DNA of 64,000 nt from an uncultured Candidatus Saccharibacteria bacterium (GCA_964399865.1 CAYNRJ010000002.1:161108-225107), one strand, 5' to 3'; shown: positions 7,912-18,996, counted from the first letter of the stretch. Program-made: numbers and translations. Notes: generated by a model from the sequence alone, not told the origin.

Positions 7912-10900
7912 ATGGCAAAAACAAAAGCGCGACCGCAGAAGTATTTTGGCAAGTTTCGGGAACCACTCGTTAAGCTTCCGAATCTCGTCGAAAGCCAGCT
8001 CGCATCTTTCCGTGAATTCGTGGACGGAGGTGCAGAGCGTGTATTTAAAGAATTTTCTCCAATTGCTGATCACTCCAGCAAGAAGTTCGAGCTCAAGCTC
8101 GTAAAATTTACGTTCGGCGATCTTCGCTGGGACGAACACTACGCAAAAAAGAACATGCGCACCTACGAGGCTCCTCTCTCGATGGTCGTTAAATTGAAGA
8201 ACAAGACAAGCGGCTCAGAAAAAGAGCAGGAGATCTTCCTCGCTGATTTTCCATGGATGACTCCACACGGTACGTTCATCATTAACGGTGTTGAACGCAT
8301 CATCGTCCCTCAGCTCGCACGTTCCTACGGCGTGTTTTTCGAATCAGTCCCTTACAAGGGTAAGAATTACTTTGCAGCGAAAGTTATCCCAGCTCGCGGC
8401 GTATGGATAGAAGTAGAGTCCGACCCAGACGGTGGAATTTACGTCAAAATTGACCGTAAACGCCGTTTCCCAGTGACTTCTCTCCTCCGTGTTCTTGGTC
8501 TCGCGACAGACAAAGAGATTCTCGGTCGTTTTAAAGGTGCTTCGAACGCTGCGGTGACGACTACACTTGGTCATGATCATGCAAAGACTCAGGAAGAGGC
8601 GTATGTAGAGATATACCGCCGTCTTCGTGATGGTGATATCGCAACACCTGAGAGCGCACGCACTCATGTCGACGCTATTCTTTCACCTGAACGATACGAT
8701 TTCTCTCGTGTCGGTCGTTTCCATTTCAATCGTCGTTTCGGACAGGGGATCACAGAAAAAGATCTCTTGAATGCAACTCTTAACCTCGACGATGTCATTC
8801 GTATCGTTACTCACATCGCAGATTTGAATGCAGATCCAGCTGCAATGCCTGACGATATCGACCACCTCGGATTCCGCCGTGTTCGTTTCGTTGGAGAACT
8901 CCTCGAGCAGAGAATGCGCGTAGGTCTCTCTCGTATGAAGCGCAACATTCAGGACAGAATGGCGATGGTGGACGCTGAGACAACTCTTCCAGTCCAGTTC
9001 GTGAACCCTCGCCCATTCCAGGCCGCTGTTCGCGAATTTTTCACCACAGACCAGCTCTCACAGCTGATGCAGCAGTACAACATTCTCGATGAAATAGAAC
9101 ACCTTCGTACACTTTCGACTCTTGGCCGTGGAGGTCTCACATCCGAACGTGCAGGTCTTGAAGTGCGCGATGTGCACTCATCTCACTACGGTCGCGTGTG
9201 TCCAATTCACACACCAGAAGGTAAGAACATCGGTCTCGTTCTTCACATGTCGCTCTACACACGTCCGAACGAGTTCGGCATCATGGAGACGCCATACGCG
9301 AAAGTTGAGAAGGGTGTCATCACCACAAAGATCCAATACTTGAACGCGATTGAAGAAGAGCAGTACGCAATTGCGCACGCTGCAACTCCGCGTGAAGACA
9401 GTGGCCGCATCACCGCGAAATTCGCTGAAGTCCGCAAAGAAGGGAAGCCAACACTCGTTCGACGTGAGGACGTTGATTTCATGGAGGTTTCTCCAAACCA
9501 ACCATTCTCTGTCGCGACGTCCCTCATTCCATTCGTTGAAAATAACGACGCAAACCGCGCACTCATGGGTTCGAACATGCAAAAACAGGCAGTTCCACTC
9601 GTCGTTCCTGAGGCTCCGCTCGTAGCTACCGGCGTTGAGAGCGCAGCAGCACGCGACTCAGGTCGCCTCATTCTCGCCGAAGACGCAGGAGAAGTTGTGT
9701 ACGCTGATGCACAGAAAGTATCTGTGAAAAATGCTGCAGGTAAGACAAAAGAGTATCCTCTCGTAAACTTCTCACGAACAAACGGCTTTACGACATTCCA
9801 CCAGCGCCCAGCTGTCACTGTGGGGGACACAGTTAAGAAAGGCGGAGTGCTTGCAGACTCTTCGACTTCAGTCGGGGGTCAGCTCGCGATCGGCCAAAAT
9901 GTCCGTGTCGCATTCCTCCCGTGGTTCGGAGCAAACTTCGAAGACGCTATCGTCATTTCTGAACGTCTCGCAAAAGACGCACGCTTCACTTCTATTCACA
10001 TGGAAGAGTTCGTTTGCGTCGTCCGCGATACAAAGCTTGGTCCGGAAGTAACAACTCACGACATTCCAAACGTCAGCGAATTCAAACTCCGCAACTTGGA
10101 TGAGGAAGGTGTTATCCGCATCGGTGCAGAAGTTCGCCCTGGCGACATCTTGGTTGGCAAAGTAACTCCAAAAGGCGAGACGCAGCTCACTCCTGAAGAG
10201 CGCCTCCTTCACGCAATTTTCGGTGAGAAGGCAAAGGATGTGAAGGACACATCACTCCGCATGGAAGGTGGAAAGCGCGGACGCGTTGTCGGAGTCAAAG
10301 TATTTTCTCGTGAAAGTGGCGATCAGCTCGAAAGCGGCGTCATCTCACGCGTGCACGTAGAAGTCGCACAGCTCCGCACGATCTCTGTCGGCGATAAGCT
10401 CGCAGGTCGTCACGGTAACAAGGGTGTCATCTCCCGCATTCTTCCAGAAGAAGACATGCCATTCGATGAGAACGGCAACCCTGTAGACATCATTCTCACT
10501 CCACTCGGCGTGCCATCCCGTATGAACCTCGGTCAGATTTTGGAACTCCACCTTGGTCTCGCAGCAGAAATGCTCGGTTACCAGGCAGTCGTTCCGTCAT
10601 TCTCCGGAGCATCAGAACAAGAGATTCGCGAGGAGCTCGCGAAAGCCGGCGTTCGTGAAGATGGTAAGCGCATCCTCTTTGACGGTCGCACAGGCGAAGC
10701 CTTCGCTCAGCCTGTTGCCGTGGGATACATGTACATGTTGAAGCTTCACCACATGGTGGAGGACAAGATCCACATGCGCTCTATCGGTCCTTACTCACTT
10801 ACGACCCAGCAGCCGCTCGGTGGAAAGGCGCAGAACGGAGGTCAGCGTGTTGGAGAAATGGAAGTATGGGCATTCCTCGGCTACGGCGCCGCATACTCTC

Positions 10901-11085
10901 TCCGTGAAATTCTCACCATCAAATCAGACGACATCCTCGGACGAAGTGCAGCATTCGACGCGATCGTTTCCGGCAAGCGTATTGAAGAGTCGAATACGCC
11001 AGCCACGTTTAACGTTCTCGTTCGTCACCTTCGTGGTCTTGGTATTGACATCGAATTTATCGAGCGATCAGGAGGTCTAAAATAA
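7912..11085 (+). CDS. rpoB: RNA polymerase beta subunit
   Basis: GTFIINGVER, RALMGSNMQKQ, GDKLAGRHGNKG, GGQRVGEME. Confidence 0.99.
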   Translation: MAKTKARPQKYFGKFREPLVKLPNLVESQLASFREFVDGGAERVFKEFSPIADHSSKKFELKLVKFTFGDLRWDEHYAKKNMRTYEAPLSMVVKLKNKTSGSEKEQEIFLADFPWMTPHGTFIINGVERIIVPQLARSYGVFFESVPYKGKNYFAAKVIPARGVWIEVESDPDGGIYVKIDRKRRFPVTSLLRVLGLATDKEILGRFKGASNAAVTTTLGHDHAKTQEEAYVEIYRRLRDGDIATPESARTHVDAILSPERYDFSRVGRFHFNRRFGQGITEKDLLNATLNLDDVIRIVTHIADLNADPAAMPDDIDHLGFRRVRFVGELLEQRMRVGLSRMKRNIQDRMAMVDAETTLPVQFVNPRPFQAAVREFFTTDQLSQLMQQYNILDEIEHLRTLSTLGRGGLTSERAGLEVRDVHSSHYGRVCPIHTPEGKNIGLVLHMSLYTRPNEFGIMETPYAKVEKGVITTKIQYLNAIEEEQYAIAHAATPREDSGRITAKFAEVRKEGKPTLVRREDVDFMEVSPNQPFSVATSLIPFVENNDANRALMGSNMQKQAVPLVVPEAPLVATGVESAAARDSGRLILAEDAGEVVYADAQKVSVKNAAGKTKEYPLVNFSRTNGFTTFHQRPAVTVGDTVKKGGVLADSSTSVGGQLAIGQNVRVAFLPWFGANFEDAIVISERLAKDARFTSIHMEEFVCVVRDTKLGPEVTTHDIPNVSEFKLRNLDEEGVIRIGAEVRPGDILVGKVTPKGETQLTPEERLLHAIFGEKAKDVKDTSLRMEGGKRGRVVGVKVFSRESGDQLESGVISRVHVEVAQLRTISVGDKLAGRHGNKGVISRILPEEDMPFDENGNPVDIILTPLGVPSRMNLGQILELHLGLAAEMLGYQAVVPSFSGASEQEIREELAKAGVREDGKRILFDGRTGEAFAQPVAVGYMYMLKLHHMVEDKIHMRSIGPYSLTTQQPLGGKAQNGGQRVGEMEVWAFLGYGAAYSLREILTIKSDDILGRSAAFDAIVSGKRIEESNTPATFNVLVRHLRGLGIDIEFIERSGGLK

Positions 11086-11097
11086 ATAAAAATTAAT

Positions 11098-14000
11098 ATG
11101 AAGAAAAAAGACGTCATTCCCGCAGATTTCGAAGCAGTCGCAATGCGACTCGCTTCTCCTGATCGTGTCGCTGAATGGAGCTGGGGCGAGATCACAAAGC
11201 CTGAGACCATCAACTACCGCACACAGCGCCCTGAGAAGAACGGTCTCTTCGATGAGCGCGTATTCGGTCCTGAAAAGGATTACGAATGTTACTGCGGTAA
11301 ATACCGTGGTATCCGTTTCCGCGGCATCGTGTGTGAGAAGTGTGGTGTTGAGATCACACGCGCAGTCGTTCGCCGTGAACGCATGGGCCACATTGATCTC
11401 GCAACTCCGGTCGCACACATTTGGTTCCTTCGTGGAATTCCATCTCGTATCGCACTCGTCTTAGGCCTATCCGCTGCAGAAGTTGAAAAGGTTGTGTACT
11501 TCGCTGGATATATCGTTACGTCCGTCGAGGAGCAGGAACGCGCACGCCTCCTCAAAGATCTCGAACAAGAATTCAGCACAAAAAATAAATCAGCTGCAAA
11601 CGCTGATGTAAAAACTGAGCTCAAGGAAAAGGCTCAGAAAGCGAAGAAAGAGATCGAGTCCATCCGTGAAGGTGTAGTTCTCGACGAAGCTGCATATCAC
11701 CTCTATGCCGTGAAATACGGAGCAATGTTCCGCGCAGCAATTGGCGCTGAAGCTCTCTACACGATCCTCAAACAGATCAATATTGATACGTTCATCGAAC
11801 GTTTGAAGAAAGAGTACGCAGAAGCAGGAGCGGCTGAACGCGACAAATTGCGAAAGCGCCTCGGCCTCGCAGAATCCCTCCAGCGCGCAGGTGTCCGCCC
11901 AGAGTGGATGTTCATGACACGTCTTCCAGTTGTTCCACCGGCACTCCGCCCCATGGTCGCTCTTGAAGGTGGTCGTCATGCATCTTCCGACCTCAACGAC
12001 TTGTACCGCCGTGTCATCAACCGAAACAATCGTCTCAAGCGCTTGCAGGCGATTCACGCGCCAGAAGTCATTCTCCGCAACGAAAAGCGCATCCTTCAGG
12101 AAGCAGTAGACGCGCTCCTCGACAACTCAATGCGTCGTGGAAGCGGAGTCCTCGGCATCCTCGGTGGTCGCCGTCGCGCTCTGAAGTCTCTCGCTGATTA
12201 CTTGAAAGGTAAGCACGGATACCTCCGTCAGAACCTTCTCGGTAAACGTGTCGACTACTCAGGTCGCTCGGTCATCGTTGTCGGTCCTAATCTCGCGCTT
12301 GATGAGTGTGGTCTTCCAAAGCACATGGTGCTTGAACTCTTCCGACCATTCGTTATTCAGGGACTTCTCGCACAGGAACTCGCATACAACATCCGTGGCG
12401 CAGGCCGACTTATCGAAGACGAAGCACCAGAAGTGTGGCCAATTCTTGAAAACGCGATCAAAGACAAATACGTTCTTCTAAACCGCGCGCCTACACTTCA
12501 CCGCCAGTCAATCCAGGCGTTCCGCCCAGTTCTAATTGAAGGTAACGCTATCCAGGTGCATCCACTCGTATGTCCTGCATACAACGCAGACTTCGACGGA
12601 GACGCAATGGCCGTCCACGTGCCGCTCTCAGAAGCTGCACAGAAAGAAGCAGGCATGATCATGTCTGCAAACAAGAACATCTTGAAACCAGGTTCAGGCG
12701 ATGTTGTCGTTGCATCTAAGCTTCTCGATATCGTCCTCGGCTGCTACTGGATGACAAGGGGAGTCGCAGGTCTTAAAGGAGAGGGAACTGCATTCCCTTC
12801 TACAAATGCCGCGATCACCGCGCATGACTTCGGTGTCATCGATCTCCGCGCGAAAGTAAAAGTCCTTCCTGGAGACAGTAAGAAATACGCACACTTCGAA
12901 GGTAAGGTTTTCGAGACGACCGTTGGTCGCCTTCTATTCAACTCTGTCCTCCCATCGGATTTTGCGTTCGTCAACGAAGAGATCACGAACAAGCGCATGG
13001 GTGCTCTCGTGCAGGAGCTCGTCGTTAAGTACAAGCTCGACGGTATTCCAAAGATCCTCGACAAGATAAAAGGATTCGGATTCCGCTACGCAACACATGC
13101 AGGTATCACCTGGTCCATCTCTGACGTTGTTGTTCCAAAAATTAAGGAAGAACTCGTTCAGGCAGGACGTGAAGCAGCTGCGCGCGAACAGGAGAACTTC
13201 ATGCAAGGTCTTCTTACAGAAGTTGAACGCCGCCGCATGACTGTTGAGATCTGGGGCAAAATGTCGAACGAACTCCGAAAGCACGTTGTCGACACACTCG
13301 ATGCAACAGGCCCAGTTCACGACATGATCACATCAGGCGCTCGAGGTTCCGTAGTCCAATTACACCAGATGGCCGGTATGAAAGGTCTCATCACAAACCC
13401 ACGTGGAGAGATCATCGAATTCCCTATCACATCATCCTTGAAAGAAGGTCTTACACCGATCGAGTATTTCATCTCGACTCACGGTGCTCGTAAGGGTCTT
13501 GCCGACACCGCGCTCAACACAGCACGTGCCGGTTACCTCACACGCCGCCTCTTCGACGTTGCGCATGACGTAGTGACTCTCGAAGATGACTGTGGCACGA
13601 AGGAGGGCATCATCATTGATCGTCCAGGTAAAGAAAATATTGGAGGCAGCTTCGCTGACCGTGTCACAGGACGCGTGCTCGCAGAAGATACTGCAGGCTT
13701 CAAGCGCGGAACACTTCTTACACGCGACGATGCGAAGAAGGTGGAGGCAAGCGATGCTACAAAGGCAGTCGTTCGTTCTCCGATCACATGTAAAGTAGCC
13801 CGCGGCGTATGTCGCCAGTGCTACGGTATGGATCTCACAACCGGCGAGATGGTAGATGTGGGAGAGGCAGTCGGTGTCATCGCAGCACAAGCTATCGGTG
13901 AACCAGGTACTCAGCTCACAATGCGTACATTCCACTCAGGAGGTGTCGCTACAGTGGGTGGAGACATCACAATGGGTCTTCCACGCGTTGAAGAAGTCTT

Positions 14001-14793
14001 CGAATGCCGTATGCCAAAAGCTCCGGCATCCCTCGCTCGTGTTGCAGGAACGGTTTCTGGCATCAGAAAAGAAGGTCCGGACACTATCCTCACGATCCTT
14101 CCTGATGGCGCATCTCTTGCGAAAACAGCTAAGGCCGCAAAGAAAGAGACTGAGTACGTCATTCACCCACTCCGTACGCTTATCGTCAAAGAAGGGAGTC
14201 ATGTAGAGAAAGGCGACTTCCTCACTGACGGATCTGCAGATCTTGAAGAGCTCTTCCTCCTCGCAGGAAAAGAGGCAGCTCAGGATTACATCATCGGAGA
14301 GATCACACGCATCTACGAACTACAGGGAGTTTCAACCGGACGTAAGCACCTCGAAATCATCGTGAAGCAGATGTTCAGCCGTGTATCTGTTTCTCATTCA
14401 GGTGACACAGGAGTCTCAGCGGGTGAGATCATCGCAGACTTCGAATTCGAACGCATCAACAAGGTGCAGAAAGAATCCGAAGGTGAAGGAGCGAAATCCA
14501 AACAGCTTCTCCTCGGTATCACAGAAGTTTCTCTCACGCGTGCATCCTTCCTCTCAGCAATCTCATTCCAGAACACACCTCGTAAACTCGCAGAAGCAGC
14601 AGTTTCCGGTGCGGTGGACCGCCTCATTGGTCTTAAGGAGAACGTTATCATCGGTCGCCTCATTCCAGCAGGTACTGGCTTCAAGGGCAGTAAGAAGCAC
14701 ACAATGATCGCGCAGATGGAAACGGATCTCGCGTCTCAGGCACCGAGAGAGGAAACGGATTCTCAGAAGCAGAAGGAGTCGATGGAGAGATAA
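11098..14793 (+). CDS. rpoC: RNA polymerase beta' subunit
   Basis: NADFDGD, GEPGTQLTMRTFH, zinc-binding cysteines. Confidence 0.99.
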   Translation: MKKKDVIPADFEAVAMRLASPDRVAEWSWGEITKPETINYRTQRPEKNGLFDERVFGPEKDYECYCGKYRGIRFRGIVCEKCGVEITRAVVRRERMGHIDLATPVAHIWFLRGIPSRIALVLGLSAAEVEKVVYFAGYIVTSVEEQERARLLKDLEQEFSTKNKSAANADVKTELKEKAQKAKKEIESIREGVVLDEAAYHLYAVKYGAMFRAAIGAEALYTILKQINIDTFIERLKKEYAEAGAAERDKLRKRLGLAESLQRAGVRPEWMFMTRLPVVPPALRPMVALEGGRHASSDLNDLYRRVINRNNRLKRLQAIHAPEVILRNEKRILQEAVDALLDNSMRRGSGVLGILGGRRRALKSLADYLKGKHGYLRQNLLGKRVDYSGRSVIVVGPNLALDECGLPKHMVLELFRPFVIQGLLAQELAYNIRGAGRLIEDEAPEVWPILENAIKDKYVLLNRAPTLHRQSIQAFRPVLIEGNAIQVHPLVCPAYNADFDGDAMAVHVPLSEAAQKEAGMIMSANKNILKPGSGDVVVASKLLDIVLGCYWMTRGVAGLKGEGTAFPSTNAAITAHDFGVIDLRAKVKVLPGDSKKYAHFEGKVFETTVGRLLFNSVLPSDFAFVNEEITNKRMGALVQELVVKYKLDGIPKILDKIKGFGFRYATHAGITWSISDVVVPKIKEELVQAGREAAAREQENFMQGLLTEVERRRMTVEIWGKMSNELRKHVVDTLDATGPVHDMITSGARGSVVQLHQMAGMKGLITNPRGEIIEFPITSSLKEGLTPIEYFISTHGARKGLADTALNTARAGYLTRRLFDVAHDVVTLEDDCGTKEGIIIDRPGKENIGGSFADRVTGRVLAEDTAGFKRGTLLTRDDAKKVEASDATKAVVRSPITCKVARGVCRQCYGMDLTTGEMVDVGEAVGVIAAQAIGEPGTQLTMRTFHSGGVATVGGDITMGLPRVEEVFECRMPKAPASLARVAGTVSGIRKEGPDTILTILPDGASLAKTAKAAKKETEYVIHPLRTLIVKEGSHVEKGDFLTDGSADLEELFLLAGKEAAQDYIIGEITRIYELQGVSTGRKHLEIIVKQMFSRVSVSHSGDTGVSAGEIIADFEFERINKVQKESEGEGAKSKQLLLGITEVSLTRASFLSAISFQNTPRKLAEAAVSGAVDRLIGLKENVIIGRLIPAGTGFKGSKKHTMIAQMETDLASQAPREETDSQKQKESMER

Positions 14794-14798
14794 GAGGC

Positions 14799-14911
14799 GA
14801 CTTTATCCGACGAGCCTCTCTCGGGTCGCTGTCTGCGGCTGCTGCCGCAGCGCTCGGGCTCGGCGCCGCCGCGCCTGTGCAGACCCTCGAAAGGCTCGTC
14901 GGTCTAAAGTC
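14799..14911. repeat. Structured intergenic repeat, copy 2 (core 14825-14879)
   Basis: Same core as 6975-7029, inside a different long stem CCGACGAGCCT/AGGCTCGTCGG. Confidence 0.85.
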
Positions 14912-14971
14912 TTGGGAGGAGGGCTGGGATAATACAATGCATTCTTTCCTGGAAAGGCGCATAATGTTCAC

Positions 14972-16693
14972 ATGTCCGACACTGTAGAGCGAATTAAAGA
15001 CAAACTTCCCATCGTGGATGTTGTGTCGCAATACGTGAAGCTTGAAAGGAGTGGCACAAATATGCGTGCGCGCTGTCCATTCCACGCGGAGCGCTCGCCG
15101 TCTTTTTTCGTCTCGCCTGATCGCGGTACGTATCACTGCTTCGGTTGTAATGTGGGAGGTGACATCTTCTCATTCGTGGAGCAGATTGAAGGACTCGATT
15201 TCAAGGGTGCTCTAAAAATCCTCGCTGAGAAAGCGGGGGTCACTATCGAATACGATCGGGGTCGTCCGGAGGAGCGTAACGAAAAAGATAGACTGTTCGA
15301 ACTACTCGAAGTAGCGACGATATTCTATTCATCGCGTTTGAATGAAGGGGCTAAAAAGTACCTGAAAGAGCGGGGAATTAACGACGAAACGATAAAGGAA
15401 TTTCGCATCGGATGGGCAGGGGATTCGTGGAGCGAAGCGTCCACCTATTTCCGCGAAAAGAAATTCTCCGAAAGGGAAATCGTCGACGCAGGTCTCGCTA
15501 AGAAAGGCGACCGGGGGCTAACGGATAAATTCCGTAATCGCATCATGTTCCCTATCGCAGATTCCGCGGGGCGCATTGTCGGCTTCTCTGGGCGCATCTT
15601 TGGGGCAGATGCTTCTCCTGATGCGCCGAAGTACTTAAATAGTCCCGAGACTCCCCTTTTCCATAAATCTAAAATCCTCTACGGTTTCGACAAGGCAAAA
15701 CAGGCGATGAGGAAGAACATGTGCGCCGTCCTCGTAGAAGGGCAGATGGATCTCCTTGCGTCCCATCAGGCCGGCTGGACGAATACTGTCGCAGTTTCTG
15801 GAACAGCGTTTACCGCAGAGCACGGGGCCCTTATACGTCGTATGACGGATAATCTCGTTATAGCGCTCGACCCGGATGAAGCGGGGTTTAAAGCCGCTGC
15901 GCGTGCGGCAAGAGCTGCTTTACAAGGAAATCTAAATGTGAAAGTCGCACATTTGCCTCCTGAGCTAGACCCCGCTGATCTTATTCAGAAAGAGGGGAAG
16001 GAGGCCTGGAGTAAAGCGATCCGCGAATCCAAAGACATAATTGTTTTCCTCCTTGATGTTCTTGAAAGCCATGCAAAAAATAAAGACGGTTTTCGACGCT
16101 CTGTGGAAACAGTCGTCCTTCCGTTTCTCTCTGATGTTTCGAGTCCTATCGCACGTGAAAGTTATCTCCGGGAGATAGCGGGTCGCCTCGGCGTCTCTGA
16201 GAGAGCTGTAGGTGAAGCTCTCGCGAAATTACCAACACAAAAAGATGTCGCTGGTGCACCGCAAGAGACCCAGCCAGCCACCACTCTTCATTCTGATCCG
16301 AATGCGATGAATAGAGTTAAACAAGCCTTCTCAATTCTTCTGTGGCAAGGGAAACAGCAAAAACCAGATATAGATTTGGCAGCCTTCAAGAAAGAATTCG
16401 AAGAAGCCGTAGGCGAAGAGACCTTGAAAGCTCTTCAATCACTCGAGCTGGCTGAGCAAGAATCCCTTCGCTTCTCCGCGGAGAGATTGTATGGCAAAAG
16501 TAATGCGATTAAACAAGAAGCGAGCACACTTCTCCGGGTAATCCTGCTCGACAGGCTCTCAATTGAGCACTCCGCGGCGACTGCCGCCCTAAAGGCAGCC
16601 GAAGCTCGGGGGGATGACGCTCAGGTGGGTGTGTATATGTCTGTGGTTAAACTGTTGACAGCGCGCATTGCGAAATTGCACACATCAGTGTAA
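14972..16693 (+). CDS. dnaG: DNA primase
   Basis: CPFH...HCFGC zinc finger, KYLNSPET, TOPRIM VEGQMD and DPD. Confidence 0.97.
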   Translation: MSDTVERIKDKLPIVDVVSQYVKLERSGTNMRARCPFHAERSPSFFVSPDRGTYHCFGCNVGGDIFSFVEQIEGLDFKGALKILAEKAGVTIEYDRGRPEERNEKDRLFELLEVATIFYSSRLNEGAKKYLKERGINDETIKEFRIGWAGDSWSEASTYFREKKFSEREIVDAGLAKKGDRGLTDKFRNRIMFPIADSAGRIVGFSGRIFGADASPDAPKYLNSPETPLFHKSKILYGFDKAKQAMRKNMCAVLVEGQMDLLASHQAGWTNTVAVSGTAFTAEHGALIRRMTDNLVIALDPDEAGFKAAARAARAALQGNLNVKVAHLPPELDPADLIQKEGKEAWSKAIRESKDIIVFLLDVLESHAKNKDGFRRSVETVVLPFLSDVSSPIARESYLREIAGRLGVSERAVGEALAKLPTQKDVAGAPQETQPATTLHSDPNAMNRVKQAFSILLWQGKQQKPDIDLAAFKKEFEEAVGEETLKALQSLELAEQESLRFSAERLYGKSNAIKQEASTLLRVILLDRLSIEHSAATAALKAAEARGDDAQVGVYMSVVKLLTARIAKLHTSV

Positions 16694-16806
16694 AGTAAGC
16701 GGCCTTGTCCTCTAACGTCATTTAAGCAAGGAAATACGAGGAAAAAAGAGGTTTTTCATATAGTTTCCTATCTCTCGAAGGGAGGGCGGATCCTTAACGT
16801 GGATGT

Positions 16807-18045
16807 ATGGTGAAGAAAGGAAAAAGCAAAAAAACAGCGACGAAAAAAACTTCAGGGACAAAGAAGGCGTCTAAAGCTGCATCAAAATCGACGCGTGTCA
16901 GCAAAGTGACTTCTGGAAAGAAGGCGAAAAATTCTGCCAGCGCGAGCGCAAAGAATGCGGGCTCTCGTGCAAAACAACACGGCAAAGTTGAGAATCTTAT
17001 AACGCTTGGTCGCGAGCGCGGATACATCACGTACGACGAAATTTTGCGCGAGTTTCCAACGATCGAAGACAACGTGCTTCTTCTCGAAGAGATCTATGAT
17101 CGTTTCAGCACGGCAGGAATAGACGTCCTCGAAGGAGGAGGAATGCTCGAAGATAATTCTGCAGATACAGTTCTCGAAAAGAAAAAGTTGCAGCACCGCC
17201 GATCTGATGCGGGCTTTGATTCCGTGCAGATGTATCTTCGTGAGATCGGTCAGTACCCACTCTTGAATGGTCAGCAGGAGAAAGACCTCGCGAAGCGAAT
17301 ACTCCAGAGCGACGACGAAGCTCGCGGGATTCTTGCTCGCTCCAACCTTCGTCTCGTCGTTTCTATTGCAAAGAAATATGTAAACCGCTCTCCGGACCTC
17401 ACTCTTCTCGACCTCATTCAGGAAGGGAACCTCGGTCTATTCAAGGCCGTTGATAAATTTGATTACACAAAGGGATACAAATTCTCGACGTACGCAACGT
17501 GGTGGATCCGTCAGGCGATCACTCGTGCTCTTGCAGACCAGTCTCGCACAATTCGTATTCCAGTCCACATGGTGGAAACTATCGCTAAGTACAAGCAGAA
17601 AGTGCGTGAACTCTCTCAGCATCTTGGCCGCGACCCGCTTCCAGAAGAGATCGCCGCAGAAATGGGTATTGAAGTAGACAAGATCTACACGATTCAGAAG
17701 ATCAACCAGGACACAGTATCCCTCGAATCTCCTGTTGGTGAGGATGATGACGAACGCTCCACACTCGGAAGCTTTATCGCTGACGATACTATTGCATCCC
17801 CAGACCAGGACGCCTCACGCAGAATTCTTGGCGAACAAATGGGTGAGATTCTCGATGAGCTTTCTCCAAAGGAGCGCAAGATTCTAGAAATGAGGAATGG
17901 ACTAACCGACGAAGGTATCTGCTTCACTCTTGAAGAGGTAGGACGTGAATTCGGCGTCACCCGTGAACGTATCCGTCAGATCGAGGCGAAAGCACTGGAG
18001 CGCATCCGCTTCCACGAAAAAGCAAAACAGCTGAGGAGTTACTAA
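16807..18045 (+). CDS. rpoD: Primary sigma factor sigma70
   Basis: [39 protein letters not shown]. Confidence 0.97.
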   Translation: MVKKGKSKKTATKKTSGTKKASKAASKSTRVSKVTSGKKAKNSASASAKNAGSRAKQHGKVENLITLGRERGYITYDEILREFPTIEDNVLLLEEIYDRFSTAGIDVLEGGGMLEDNSADTVLEKKKLQHRRSDAGFDSVQMYLREIGQYPLLNGQQEKDLAKRILQSDDEARGILARSNLRLVVSIAKKYVNRSPDLTLLDLIQEGNLGLFKAVDKFDYTKGYKFSTYATWWIRQAITRALADQSRTIRIPVHMVETIAKYKQKVRELSQHLGRDPLPEEIAAEMGIEVDKIYTIQKINQDTVSLESPVGEDDDERSTLGSFIADDTIASPDQDASRRILGEQMGEILDELSPKERKILEMRNGLTDEGICFTLEEVGREFGVTRERIRQIEAKALERIRFHEKAKQLRSY

Positions 18046-18083
18046 GCTCCTTCCTTAGGAGAGAAGGGAAGGTGGAAAAGAAT

Positions 18084-18632
18084 TTATTCAACCGGAGTCT
18101 TTGGCAGGAGCATCTTTAAGGATGTTCGATGTGCGCCGCTCTTTAACGTTTCCGTGCCGCTTATGCCTGTTTCCACAAAACCCCATTTTTTATAAACGCT
18201 CCGGGCATTTTCATTGTAGTCGACGACCCATAGTGCAGTATCGTGAGTAGGGTTTAAAACAGTTTGCGCCTGCTTCCATAGTAATGCTCCAATTCCAGTA
18301 CGTTTCTTATCTGGTAGCACGTGGATGCGTGCAAGTAGATTCTCATCAGGCCCAGTTCTCACGCGACAATACCCGACAATAGTATTTCCATCTTTGGCGA
18401 CAAATTGATAAAGATTTGCTTCTGGTTTAATCAAATCTTCTCGATGTCTTTGAAGCCCCTCAGAGGTAAATTCCTCCTTGTAACGTTCCTCTATATCTTC
18501 CCTCGTAATTCCACGTTCTTCGTTCACGTATGTTGTCAAAAGACTGGCACGCATTAGCTCTTGGATGCCCGGAGCATCGCCAGCAGTTGCTGGGGTAACC
18601 GCTATTTGAGGCAATTTCTCTACGCTCTCCAT
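18084..18632 (-). CDS. GNAT family N-acetyltransferase
   Basis: IHVLPDKKRTGIG acetyl-CoA motif, N-x-x-A-x-x-x-Y-x-K-x-GF. Confidence 0.85.
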   Translation of the reverse strand: MESVEKLPQIAVTPATAGDAPGIQELMRASLLTTYVNEERGITREDIEERYKEEFTSEGLQRHREDLIKPEANLYQFVAKDGNTIVGYCRVRTGPDENLLARIHVLPDKKRTGIGALLWKQAQTVLNPTHDTALWVVDYNENARSVYKKWGFVETGISGTETLKSGAHRTSLKMLLPKTPVE

Positions 18633-18723
18633 TACTCAATGCTACCGTTCGCATTGCATTTATCCAAATAAATCAAGCGGCCGGGCATGAGTATGTCCGG
18701 CCGTATTTGCGTTGCGGCTCCCA

Positions 18724-18996
18724 TCAATTGAGCCGCAGTTCGTCGCCGATAAGGCGGATTTCGGCGGGTGTAATGAGCCCCACATGAGCCACTTCAACAG
18801 AGCGCACGGGAGCTACGAGTTCACGCTTCCAGAAGTCCAGAAACCGCAGCAGTTTTGGAAATCGGGGAGCGAGATCGTATTCCTGCCATAAATAAAGCTG
18901 AAGAATGCTGGGATGGTCGAGGCGACCGTAGAAAATCTTCGCGGTCGTTAGTCCATAGCCCTCCAGTTGTCGCCGAAAATCGCGAGACGAAGTCAT
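18724..18996 (-). CDS. Usg-like family protein
   Basis: GYGLTTA.I.Y...DHPS.LQ.Y.WQ.YDLAP.FP.L..FL.FW pattern; GGAGG SD before ATG 18996. Confidence 0.85.
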   Translation of the reverse strand: MTSSRDFRRQLEGYGLTTAKIFYGRLDHPSILQLYLWQEYDLAPRFPKLLRFLDFWKRELVAPVRSVEVAHVGLITPAEIRLIGDELRLN

